Source: Bacteroidota bacterium
Lineage (GTDB): Bacteria; Bacteroidota; Ignavibacteria; Palsa-1295
NCBI GenBank assembly: GCA_021324735.1
Contig: JAJPIO010000009.1
Coordinates: 450,510 to 514,509, forward strand
DNA: 64,000 nt
Reading direction: 5' to 3'
This document shows, in pieces, positions 1 to 8,748 of the stretch. The position numbers and the translations under genes are program-made. Each line of letters begins with the position of its first letter. The first letter of the stretch is position 1. The notes beneath the pieces were generated by a model. That model ran no database searches. It saw only the letters and a list, made by a program, of their open reading frames with translations, and was not told where the DNA came from.

Positions 1-402
1 CTGATCGATAACGCTGTTCGTGCCCTTGCGATCGATCCGGTGCGTGGGGAAGCGTACGTAGGTACTCCCTCCGGTATTTCTCGCTTTGCAACTATCTTCA
101 AGCGCGGCCACACCGATTATGCAGGAATTCATGTGTATCCTAATCCTGTCGTACAAACATCCGAGCAGAGTCCTCTTGTCTATGTTGATGGCTTGGTGGC
201 TGGCTCTACGGTGCAAGTTTTCACCCTCGATGGAAAACTTGTAACGACGATCAACGGCACGTCACTCGGCTCGACTGTAACTTGGAATGGCCGCGATGCG
301 TTAGGGCGACAAGTTGCCAGCGGACTATACCTTATTAGCGCGACTTCTCCGCAATCGGGAGAAAATGGAGTGGCAAAAGTGGTTATAATACAACGACCAT
401 AA
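1..402 (+). CDS. T9SS C-terminal-domain protein, PorZ-like (5'-truncated by window edge)
   Basis: Frame is open from base 1 (LIDNAVRALAIDPVRGEAYVGT...). It ends in a T9SS type A CTD (VYPNPV...WNGRD...VASGLYL...KVVII) preceded by a propeller-blade repeat, as in PorZ. Confidence 0.7.
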   Translation: MIDNAVRALAIDPVRGEAYVGTPSGISRFATIFKRGHTDYAGIHVYPNPVVQTSEQSPLVYVDGLVAGSTVQVFTLDGKLVTTINGTSLGSTVTWNGRDALGRQVASGLYLISATSPQSGENGVAKVVIIQRP

Positions 403-473
403 TATTTTCGTAGAGACTGGTGAGTTATCAGACTGGTTCTCGTCGTAATTCATCATTTAGGATTTGATCAACG

Positions 474-785
474 ATGCCAACGTACGAATACCGCTGCCAC
501 TTTTGTAATCGCCTTTCGGATGCCTTCCAGAAGATGAGCGATCCTCCACTTATTACATGCCCTTATTGCGGTAAAGATGGCCTCGAGCGCGTTGTCTCCG
601 GTGGTGCTGGAGTGATCTATAAAGGCGAGGGATGGTACGTGACCGATTATTCAAAAAAATCGTCCGGCGGAAAAGACTCACCGTCAAGTACTTCGACCTC
701 GACGAAGGCAGATGCCAAGCCAACAGGTTCTGGTTCTTCCGAAAATACCTCTTCCGCCGGTTCAAGCTCGTCGACTGCTTCTTAG
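474..785 (+). CDS. FmdB family zinc-ribbon protein
   Basis: MPTYEYRCxxC...CPxCG...YKGEGWYVTDY signature with a Ser/Thr-rich tail. Confidence 0.9.
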   Translation: MPTYEYRCHFCNRLSDAFQKMSDPPLITCPYCGKDGLERVVSGGAGVIYKGEGWYVTDYSKKSSGGKDSPSSTSTSTKADAKPTGSGSSENTSSAGSSSSTAS

Positions 786-1003
786 TATGTAGTCGAGCCG
801 TTGCCGTTATTTCCGTTCGTGCCGTTATTCATATCGGTGTTCGTGTTGTGCTGCATCCGATAATGCGATGAACGTCGGGAGGATGTCCGCATAGCTGTAG
901 TATGCGCTTTCCGTGTGTGTCGATGGTGTTTTTTGGCATAGGTCGGGCTTGCCAGGGAAAGGCCAAGCATGAGTACGAGTGCTGCCATTATTTTTGCGAT
1001 CAT
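782..1003 (-). CDS. Small secreted basic, His/Arg- and Asn/Gly-rich hypothetical protein
   Basis: Signal peptide (MAALVLMLGLSLASPTYA) followed by KKHHRHTRK and low-complexity NNGTNGNNG. Confidence 0.55.
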   Translation of the reverse strand: MIAKIMAALVLMLGLSLASPTYAKKHHRHTRKAHTTAMRTSSRRSSHYRMQHNTNTDMNNGTNGNNGNGSTTY

Positions 1004-1168
1004 AGGCTTCTTAGTTTAGTGAATATTACTGTGAGTTTAGTGGATATTAGTGTAATATTCTTAAGGTTTGGCAAAGGATAGGCCACCCGATACTCGACCG
1101 AATCGTGGACTTCAATCGCCTTGTTTCGTGTTTCGTGGCGCGAAGATTTAGACACTTCTCATCTCATT

Positions 1169-2782
1169 ATGGCCAAAACGAACATTCCAGCATTTAAGAA
1201 CGAAGAGTATAAGGACTATTCTCTGCCACGGGAGCGCCGCGCTATGGAAAATGCCCTCCGAGCAGCTGAAAAAAAATTCGGTGAGAAGTATCCACTCGTT
1301 ATTGGTGGGAAGCGAATAATAACAGAAGGCTCTATTATTTCTCGCAATCCTGCGCACCCGGATGAGGTCGTAGGGAAATTCTCCCATGGTACGGTCGAAC
1401 ATGCTGAACAGGCGCTGCAAACGGCCCGCGAAGCATTTGTGACGTGGAGCAGAGTTCCGTTCGAAAAGCGAGCGGCACTGCTATTTAAAGCCGCAAAGAT
1501 CGCTCGCCGGCGCCGGTATGAGATCAATGCATGGATGGTGAAGGAAGTCGGTAAGAACTGGGGAGAGGCCGATGCAGATACTGCCGAAGCGATCGATTTT
1601 CTCGAGTTTTATGCACGAGAAATGATGCGTCTAGGTGGTCCACAACCGGCACATCAGCTTAAGGGCGAAAAAGACTGGCTGGAGTATTTGCCGCTTGGTG
1701 TAGGAGTGATCGTACCGCCATGGAATTTCCCGTTTGCGATCCTCGTCGGTATGTCCAGCGCCGCTATTGTTACGGGCAACACGATCGTACTGAAGCCGTC
1801 GAGCGACAGCCCCATGATGGGATGGCTCTTTACTGAGATCATGGAAGAAGCTGGACTTCCAAATGGCGTTTTGAATTTTGTAACCGCGCCTGGTGGTGAA
1901 GTTGGAGATTATCTCGTAAATAGTCCAGTCACACGTTTTGTGTCGTTTACAGGCTCGAAGGATGTCGGTCTGCGAGTGGCTCAGAATGCTGCCACGCATC
2001 GTCCGGGTCAGAAGTGGATCAAACGTGTGGTCGCTGAAATGGGCGGGAAAGATGCGATCGTTGTGGCCAAGGACGCCGATCTCGATAGTGCCGCCGAGGG
2101 TATCGTGACAAGCGCATACGGTTTCCAAGGACAAAAATGCTCTGCTTGTTCACGCGCGATCATTGAAGAATCGGTATACCCCAAGCTAATAGAAAAAATT
2201 CAGGAGCGTGTGAACGCACTGGAGATTGGCGATCCGACGGAGAACAAACGAGTCGGTCCTGTTGTGAACGAACGCGCATTTAAGAAAATACAGGAATATA
2301 TCGAGATCGGGCGTAATGAAGGACGCATTGTTGCCGGAGGCGGGTCTGTTGGAAATGAAGGGTACTATATTGCTCCGACGGTAGTAGCAGATATTGCACC
2401 CACCGCTCGTTTAGCGCAGGAGGAAATTTTTGGTCCCGTGCTCGCCCTTATTCCAGTTAAGAATTTCGATGAAGCTCTGGACGTGGCGAATAATACGGAA
2501 TATGGATTGACGGGCGCGGTATATACGAAGAGCCGTAAGAATATCGAGCGGGCTGAACGAGAGTTCTTCGTTGGTAACCTATATATCAATCGCAAGTGTA
2601 CGGGTGCAATGGTAGGCGCCCATCCGTTTGGTGGCTTTAATATGTCGGGTACCGATTCGAAAGCCGGAGGCCACGATTACCTCTTACTTTTTATGCAAGC
2701 GAAAAGCATAGCGGAGAAGATCACCACTGCGGGGAAAAAGAAAGTAGCAACGAAGAAGGTAGCTGCCAAAAAGAAGCGATAA
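1169..2782 (+). CDS. pruA: 1-pyrroline-5-carboxylate (L-glutamate gamma-semialdehyde) dehydrogenase
   Basis: Aldehyde dehydrogenase motifs PWNFP, FTGS, AEMGGK, GQKCSACS, EEIFGPV and HPFGGFNMSGTDSKAGG (RocA/PruA type); start taken as ATG 1169. Confidence 0.92.
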   Translation: MAKTNIPAFKNEEYKDYSLPRERRAMENALRAAEKKFGEKYPLVIGGKRIITEGSIISRNPAHPDEVVGKFSHGTVEHAEQALQTAREAFVTWSRVPFEKRAALLFKAAKIARRRRYEINAWMVKEVGKNWGEADADTAEAIDFLEFYAREMMRLGGPQPAHQLKGEKDWLEYLPLGVGVIVPPWNFPFAILVGMSSAAIVTGNTIVLKPSSDSPMMGWLFTEIMEEAGLPNGVLNFVTAPGGEVGDYLVNSPVTRFVSFTGSKDVGLRVAQNAATHRPGQKWIKRVVAEMGGKDAIVVAKDADLDSAAEGIVTSAYGFQGQKCSACSRAIIEESVYPKLIEKIQERVNALEIGDPTENKRVGPVVNERAFKKIQEYIEIGRNEGRIVAGGGSVGNEGYYIAPTVVADIAPTARLAQEEIFGPVLALIPVKNFDEALDVANNTEYGLTGAVYTKSRKNIERAEREFFVGNLYINRKCTGAMVGAHPFGGFNMSGTDSKAGGHDYLLLFMQAKSIAEKITTAGKKKVATKKVAAKKKR

Positions 2783-2977
2783 AAGCTGATTTCGCAAGAA
2801 CTTCTCTAAAAAAAACGCTGTATTATAAAGTGGGCGAAAGTGGGGATTCGTGGGTGCCCTCCCGAATCTCAACAAAAATCGCCCATTTACAGGCATTCTA
2901 AAAGCGTACTCTGCCCAGACGATTTTAGAGTGTCATGTGCAGCATCCTATGTAATTCAGGGTGGCTGCTCTTACAGC

Positions 2978-3289
2978 ATGGCTCGAACTCCGATCAAAAA
3001 GCGATTAAAGCGTATTTTGCGCTCCCCGCGATTGCTGCTTATTACAGCGATCCTGACGGTGCTTGGTACCACATTGCTATTTGCGAACAAAGGGTTATGG
3101 CGCCATATAGCACTGCGGCATGAGATCAGCGATCGAAAAGAATATCTTGCGAAATTGCAGCGCGATGAAAATGAGGTTAATCGCAGGGTCAACCTTCTCA
3201 AATTGGAAGACGCTTCCATGATAGAACGAATCGCTCGCGAGCGCTATAACTTGAAGCGCCCGGGCGAAATTATTTTCAAAGAAAATTAA
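2978..3289 (+). CDS. Septum formation initiator (FtsB/DivIC family)
   Basis: One TM helix, a coiled coil and the IERIARERYNLKRPGEIIF motif; start taken as ATG 2978. Confidence 0.85.
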   Translation: MARTPIKKRLKRILRSPRLLLITAILTVLGTTLLFANKGLWRHIALRHEISDRKEYLAKLQRDENEVNRRVNLLKLEDASMIERIARERYNLKRPGEIIFKEN

Positions 3290-3363
3290 GTAGGAAGTAC
3301 GTTAAGCGATAAACGGGTTAAGAAGTAGGAGTTGGCTTCTGCTCGTTATATACTTCTTAATCC

Positions 3364-4308
3364 ATGATACTTGGTGTAGATATTGGAGCAACGACGATCA
3401 AGTTGGGAGTGGTGGATACCCAGAGGGGTGAAATTGCCGCGGAGGCTTCCTTACCTACTCCACAACAAGGATCGCTCTCTGTCGCTCATGCAATAGCCGA
3501 GCGCACAAAAGAATTTTTGGCCGCATATCCGGAAATTAGATTGCTGGGTGTGGGCGTCCCCGGGTCGATGAATATCGATCGCTCGCTCGTTCGTTATCCA
3601 CCGAATTTATTAGGTTGGAAGGAAGAACCACTTCGCGATCATTTAAAGAGAGAACTCCCTCAGTTTAAAAAGATCGAAGTTGATAATGATGCTAATGTTG
3701 CTGCTTTAGCGGAGGCATATCATGGTGCAGGTAAAGGCGCATCTCACTTTTTACTGGTAACACTCGGAACGGGCGTTGGCGGTGCGATCTATATATCAGA
3801 AGAGAATTTTAAGGGTATAGTACGAGGCGCTTCCGGTGGTGCCGGAGAATTTGGTCATACTTCGATCGATCTCAACGGACCTACTTGCCAGTGCGGCTCG
3901 AGAGGATGCATCGAGGCATATCTTGGTATTCATTATCTAGCAGAACGGACGAGGAAAAAATTACTCGAGAACCCTGGCATTGTATCTTCGTTGCGAGAAA
4001 ATATAGAGATACTTTCGCCAAAGCTTATTGCTTCTGCCATGAACTCCGGTGATCGATTCGCAAGAACGGTCTTTGAAGAAGCCGGTAACTTTCTCGGTGC
4101 TGCATTGGCGAACGTTGCAAATCTGTTGGATATTCATGTATTCATCATTGGCGGTGGTGTTGCGGAGGCGGGAGACGTCTTATTCGATGCAGCCTTTGAT
4201 TCGCTACGTTCGCGAGTGCTTGAAAACTTAAAGCCGGTCGTAGAGATACATCGGGCAAAGTTTGGCAATCGAGCCGGCATTATTGGGGCGGCGATGATGG
4301 TCTCATAA
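3364..4308 (+). CDS. ROK family sugar kinase (glucokinase-like)
   Basis: GVDIGAT, DNDANVAALAE, TLGTGVGG, GEFGH and CxCGSRGCIEAY motifs. Confidence 0.92.
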   Translation: MILGVDIGATTIKLGVVDTQRGEIAAEASLPTPQQGSLSVAHAIAERTKEFLAAYPEIRLLGVGVPGSMNIDRSLVRYPPNLLGWKEEPLRDHLKRELPQFKKIEVDNDANVAALAEAYHGAGKGASHFLLVTLGTGVGGAIYISEENFKGIVRGASGGAGEFGHTSIDLNGPTCQCGSRGCIEAYLGIHYLAERTRKKLLENPGIVSSLRENIEILSPKLIASAMNSGDRFARTVFEEAGNFLGAALANVANLLDIHVFIIGGGVAEAGDVLFDAAFDSLRSRVLENLKPVVEIHRAKFGNRAGIIGAAMMVS

Positions 4309-4339
4309 GTTATCCCCGGTTGTGCCGTATTTTTGTGGC

Positions 4340-5149
4340 ATGACATTTTTCGAAAAGCTTAAGCGGTCTCAGGAAAAATCAAAATCACTTCTCTGCGTCG
4401 GGTTGGATACGGATTCCCGTGGACTTCCTGATATTCTCAAAATGGAGGCGAATCCCGTTATTGCTTTTAATAAAGCTATAATCGATGCCACCAAAGATTT
4501 TGCTTGTTGCTATAAGCTTCAGTTAGCTTATTACGAAGCGTATGGTAAGAAGGGCATTGATGCGGTAGAGGAGACGCTTGCTTACATTCCCAGTGATATT
4601 TTAACGATCGGTGACGTGAAGCGGGGCGATATTGGCGCGACCAGTGAACAGTATCGATATGCGTACCAGGAGATGTTCCCGTTCGATTCGATCACGATCA
4701 ATCCACTGATGGGCTCGGATGCCGTCGAACCGTTTTTGCAGCGAGAAGATCGCGGAGTATTCTTTCTGGGGCTTACATCCAATCCGGGCGCGCGCGATTT
4801 CGAATATCTCGAACTAACGAACGGCAAGCGACTGTATGAGGAAGTGACCGATAAAGTCCGCGAGTGGAACACGGCGAAAAAAAACGCCGGGCTTGTAGTG
4901 GGCGCCACGAAGCCAGACGAGCTAAAAGCATTGCGGCAGCGCGCTCCTGAATTACCATTTCTTATTCCTGGTATTGGTGCGCAGGGTGGCTCTCTGGAAG
5001 CAGTGTTAGAAGCAAATGGCGATGGCCTTGCTCTAATCAATGTGAGCCGGGGAATTGCCGGTGTTTCAAAAGGGTCAGATTTCGCTGAAGCTGCTGGTAA
5101 GGCTGCACAGAATTATGCAGAGCAGATGCGAGCTGTTCTCTCGATGTAG
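4340..5149 (+). CDS. pyrF: Orotidine-5'-phosphate decarboxylase (type 2)
   Basis: LCVGLD, DVKRGDIGAT, TSNPGA, LVVGAT and PGIGAQGG motifs. Confidence 0.95.
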   Translation: MTFFEKLKRSQEKSKSLLCVGLDTDSRGLPDILKMEANPVIAFNKAIIDATKDFACCYKLQLAYYEAYGKKGIDAVEETLAYIPSDILTIGDVKRGDIGATSEQYRYAYQEMFPFDSITINPLMGSDAVEPFLQREDRGVFFLGLTSNPGARDFEYLELTNGKRLYEEVTDKVREWNTAKKNAGLVVGATKPDELKALRQRAPELPFLIPGIGAQGGSLEAVLEANGDGLALINVSRGIAGVSKGSDFAEAAGKAAQNYAEQMRAVLSM

Positions 5150-5194
5150 TTGCCGTATTATACGGTCCTCCGTTTTTCTTCATTATCGACTACG

Positions 5195-6565
5195 ATGATC
5201 GCAGAGCGCTTCCTTCGCGAAATATGGAAGGGCGGCGAGAGTTTTCTCCAACGGCCGCTCCTTCTTTCGGATGGTTCAGAAATAACGGTGCTCGAATGCG
5301 GCATTGAAAACGAGCACCGTGGTGGTCCCGATTTCCTCGGCGCCCGTATCGTTATAGATGGCGTTGTGGTAAGTGGGGATGTGGAATTGCATCTCACTCC
5401 GAACGGGTGGAATGCTCACAACCATGAAGAGGACAATCGGTATAGCAATGTCATTCTTCATGTGGTCCTGGAATCGGAAGAAAACCACGCTGGTCCCCCC
5501 GTTCCAGAGCTTATTCTGCGTGATAACCTTTTATTTGATCGTCAAAATTTATGGACGGCACTCTTCGAGCGTGTGTATGAGCACCCGCCAGAATTAGTAT
5601 GCTTCCCTGAAAGTATCAGGCTTCCAATGCGCTTTAAGCGAAAGCTGCTGGAGAAATTTGGCAATGCTCGCCTCGAGGAGTTGATCGATCGTTATATAAT
5701 TACCAGTGAAGTACAGTCTGAGCAAACGCTGCTGGAACGCGTTTTCCAGCAAACGATGGATGCTCTGGGTTATTCTCAAAATCGTATTCCTTTTAGAGAG
5801 CTATCCTCCCTGTTACCGCTCTCACGTTTGCGGTTCGTTCGTTCCGCGTTTCCGGGCAATACATCGCTTGCATTTGAAGCACTCTTTTTTGGAGTGGCTG
5901 GCCTTCTTGTCCATCCTAACAGTGAGTTCGACACGGAGACGAACGAGCACTTGATCGAACTCCAGGCGTGTTGGAATTTACTGCAACTATCGATCCGATT
6001 CCCGGAAGTATTAGCGGAAAACGATTGGGCATTCTTCCGGCTTCGCCCGGCAAATAGCCCGCATCGGCGGCTTGCCGTAGCTGCGAAGTTAGCGGAGAAA
6101 TACTTTGGTCGGGAGGACTGGAATTTTCGCCATGAGTTTTTTAGTGAAGGACCCACCGTGACTATTGGGGAAAATTCTTACTGGGAGTCCCATACATCAT
6201 TTGGTACTCGCTTACAATCGCCACAATCGTTATTGGGCAAGGAACGGGAATCAGCCATTTGGTTAAATGTCATTTTACCCGCTCGCATTGCGCGCGTCAG
6301 AATGGAATCCGAGTCGCCGGCGCGCAGGGAGAAAGAGAAATGTCTCTCGAACGAATGGGGGAATGCTCATACTGAGTCCAGCGCAAAATTTTTGATGGTG
6401 GTCGAACAGGAACTTCTGGAAGGCGAAAACGTTAGCTCCGTGCGCTCAGAACAAGGGGCTTTGCTCTTGAAGCGAAACTTCTGCGAAAAGCATCGATGTT
6501 CTCAGTGCCCGATCGGGACTCACCTGCTGGAAACAGGTTGGAAACCGAGCCGATTTGTCAATTGA
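5195..6565 (+). CDS. DUF2851 family protein
   Basis: GPDF...GDVELH...W..H.H..D..Y..VILHVV N-terminus, W.FFRLRPANSPHRRLA and a C-terminal C..HRCSQCPIG. Confidence 0.85.
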   Translation: MIAERFLREIWKGGESFLQRPLLLSDGSEITVLECGIENEHRGGPDFLGARIVIDGVVVSGDVELHLTPNGWNAHNHEEDNRYSNVILHVVLESEENHAGPPVPELILRDNLLFDRQNLWTALFERVYEHPPELVCFPESIRLPMRFKRKLLEKFGNARLEELIDRYIITSEVQSEQTLLERVFQQTMDALGYSQNRIPFRELSSLLPLSRLRFVRSAFPGNTSLAFEALFFGVAGLLVHPNSEFDTETNEHLIELQACWNLLQLSIRFPEVLAENDWAFFRLRPANSPHRRLAVAAKLAEKYFGREDWNFRHEFFSEGPTVTIGENSYWESHTSFGTRLQSPQSLLGKERESAIWLNVILPARIARVRMESESPARREKEKCLSNEWGNAHTESSAKFLMVVEQELLEGENVSSVRSEQGALLLKRNFCEKHRCSQCPIGTHLLETGWKPSRFVN

Positions 6566-6567
6566 AT

Positions 6568-6640
<73 letters not shown>

Positions 6641-6645
6641 CTCCA

Positions 6646-6670
6646 GAAAGCCGCTTTAAGCGGCTTTTTT
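6646..6670 (+). terminator. Intrinsic terminator after tRNA-Gly
   Basis: AAAGCCGCT-TTA-AGCGGCTTT hairpin followed by a T run. Confidence 0.8.
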
Positions 6671-6742
6671 CGTTTGTTCGCCCCACTAGACGAAACGCGA
6701 CTACAAAGCAATTGTGGCAGGCCTTTTGTACTGCTTGCCCCT

Positions 6743-6931
6743 ATGAAGCAGAAATATAAGGTATTAAAATTTAGAGCATTATTGGTCCTATTAATTACGC
6801 TTCCGGTAATAGGATTGAGTGGCTGCCAAGCCATCGCGGATATTTTTAAAGCAGGCGTTTGGGTAGGGGTCATTATCGTTATTATCATTTTAGCGATAAT
6901 CTTTGGGATTACACGAATGTTTAAGAAATGA
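6743..6931 (+). CDS. Small conserved membrane (lipo)protein
   Basis: Lipobox-like LSGC followed by AIADIFKAGVWVGVIIV and a TM helix; resembles a small family common in Bacteroidota. Confidence 0.7.
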   Translation: MKQKYKVLKFRALLVLLITLPVIGLSGCQAIADIFKAGVWVGVIIVIIILAIIFGITRMFKK

Positions 6932-6962
6932 GGGCGGAATAAGCGGTCCCGAACGTCGAAAA

Positions 6963-8171
6963 TTGTCGATCAAAGAAGATCTTGCTGCGGAGTTATCCCG
7001 CGAACGGTATGCATTAAGCTCGCTGCTGGAGTTTGCGCGTACGCTTACCCCCGATCTTGGTCCGCACGGTATCATTCGTAGCGTTCTTCGGACCGCGATG
7101 GGAAAATCCCTCATTAAGGAAGCCTTTGCCTATATTGAGATCTCGAATCAAACCGGCGAAGAGTTCGAACTGGCTGCTCGAGCAGGATTTGCAGATGAAG
7201 TGTTGCCGGATAAACTCGATCGACGAGGATACGAAAAGCTGATCAACGAAACGGGACATCGGTATACTGCCGTACCCTTGGTCTCTTCCGATGGAAGTGG
7301 CTACCTGGGTATGCTGGGGCTCGGGCCATCCATCAATCCGCTACTAAGCCTTGATACTGAAGCGACCTATCTGGCGTCGCTTGCGGCGTTGACATCGATC
7401 GCTCTCACAAACGCATGGCTCTTCGAGCGCGAAAAAGAACGTGAGAGATTAGAATCCGAACTTCGCCTCGCACGCGATATTCAGCAGTCGTTGTTGCCTC
7501 AGCGCTTTCCTCGAATGAAGGGGATAGAATTCGCAGCTTTTTCGAAACCCTCCGAATGGGTAGGCGGTGATTACTATGATGTGATCGAATTGGATAATCA
7601 TCGCGTCCTGTTGGCGATCGCGGACGTCGTAGGGAAGGGGGTTACCGCTGCGCTAACAATGTCCAATCTACAAGCTGCATTACGGGCCCTCGTTAGCTTA
7701 CTTCGTGTAGGTCATTACTCGTTGGTGGATGTTGTGAGCGAACTCAATCGTTTAATGTGTGAAAGTACGTCTCCGGAGCGATTTATCACGGCAGTGTTTG
7801 GCATTTTGGATTCTACAACCGGTCGGTTGGATTCTGTTGTTTGTGGCCACCCGAATCCCATGATCAGCCGGCCTGGTAAGAAAGTTATAACTGTCGAGAG
7901 CTCCGGTATTCCATTGGGCATTGTAAACGGATTCAAATATCAGCTTTGTACCGATCATCTCGACCGCGGAAGCCTTCTCGTATTTTACACGGACGGTCTT
8001 TCGGAGGCGATGTATTCCGGCAAATCGCTTGGCGAACAAGGCACGGCTGAGCTTGTCGCGGCTGTGGCCAATGGCGATGGTTCTCTCGACGAATCCCTCC
8101 ACCATGCAATGCAGGACAGCGCCATCTCGATCGAAGACGACGTAACGGTGCTCGCTGTGCAGCTTAATTAA
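6963..8171 (+). CDS. PP2C/SpoIIE (RsbU-like) serine phosphatase
   Basis: LARDIQQSLLP, VGGDYYD, IADVVGKG, FYTDGLSE and DDVTVL motifs with a GAF-like N-terminal part; start uncertain (TTG 6963). Confidence 0.9.
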   Translation: MSIKEDLAAELSRERYALSSLLEFARTLTPDLGPHGIIRSVLRTAMGKSLIKEAFAYIEISNQTGEEFELAARAGFADEVLPDKLDRRGYEKLINETGHRYTAVPLVSSDGSGYLGMLGLGPSINPLLSLDTEATYLASLAALTSIALTNAWLFEREKERERLESELRLARDIQQSLLPQRFPRMKGIEFAAFSKPSEWVGGDYYDVIELDNHRVLLAIADVVGKGVTAALTMSNLQAALRALVSLLRVGHYSLVDVVSELNRLMCESTSPERFITAVFGILDSTTGRLDSVVCGHPNPMISRPGKKVITVESSGIPLGIVNGFKYQLCTDHLDRGSLLVFYTDGLSEAMYSGKSLGEQGTAELVAAVANGDGSLDESLHHAMQDSAISIEDDVTVLAVQLN

Positions 8172-8226
8172 AAAGCCGCGAACTTGTCGGAAAAGCGGCC
8201 TGTTAACCCGCTCCGCACCCGGGAAT

Positions 8227-8345
8227 AGAACCAGGATTTTGCGGATTTCAAAAGATTGTTGGATTGATTTCCAGGATTATCTGGATGTGAATCATTCTGC
8301 AGATCAAACTTGGAAATCCATTTTAATCCGTGTGATCCAGGTTCT
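8227..8345. repeat. Imperfect palindromic element built of GGAT/ATCC units (copy 1)
   Basis: AGAACCAGGATT...GGAT units at about 9-nt period in the left arm, mirrored by AATCC...ATCCAGGTTCT in the right arm. Confidence 0.7.
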
Positions 8346-8353
8346 GGATTTAT

Positions 8354-8427
8354 GCGCCCGTAGCTCAGTTGGATAGAGCAACAGCCTTCTAAGCTGTGGG
8401 TCGCTGGTTCGAATCCAGCCGGGCGCG
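8354..8427 (+). tRNA. tRNA-Arg(TCT)
   Basis: GCGCCCG...CGGGCGC acceptor stem, anticodon arm ACAGC-CTTCTAA-GCTGT and GGTTCGAATCC; CCA not encoded. Confidence 0.97.
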
Positions 8428-8434
8428 CGAAATT

Positions 8435-8640
<206 letters not shown>

Positions 8641-8644
8641 TTTC

Positions 8645-8742
8645 AATGAAGAATTAAGAATGAAGAGTTAGACTCGGTTCAGAACCAGATCTGATATTCC
8701 CGAAATTCTTCTCTCTTAATTCTTCATGCTTAATTCTTCGTT
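8645..8742. repeat. Inverted array of heptamer repeats (AATGAAG/AATTAAG ... CTTAATT/CTTCATG)
   Basis: AATGAAG AATTAAG AATGAAG AGTTAG on the left; CTTAATT CTTCATG CTTAATT CTTCGTT on the right. Confidence 0.7.
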
Positions 8743-8748
8743 ATCATC

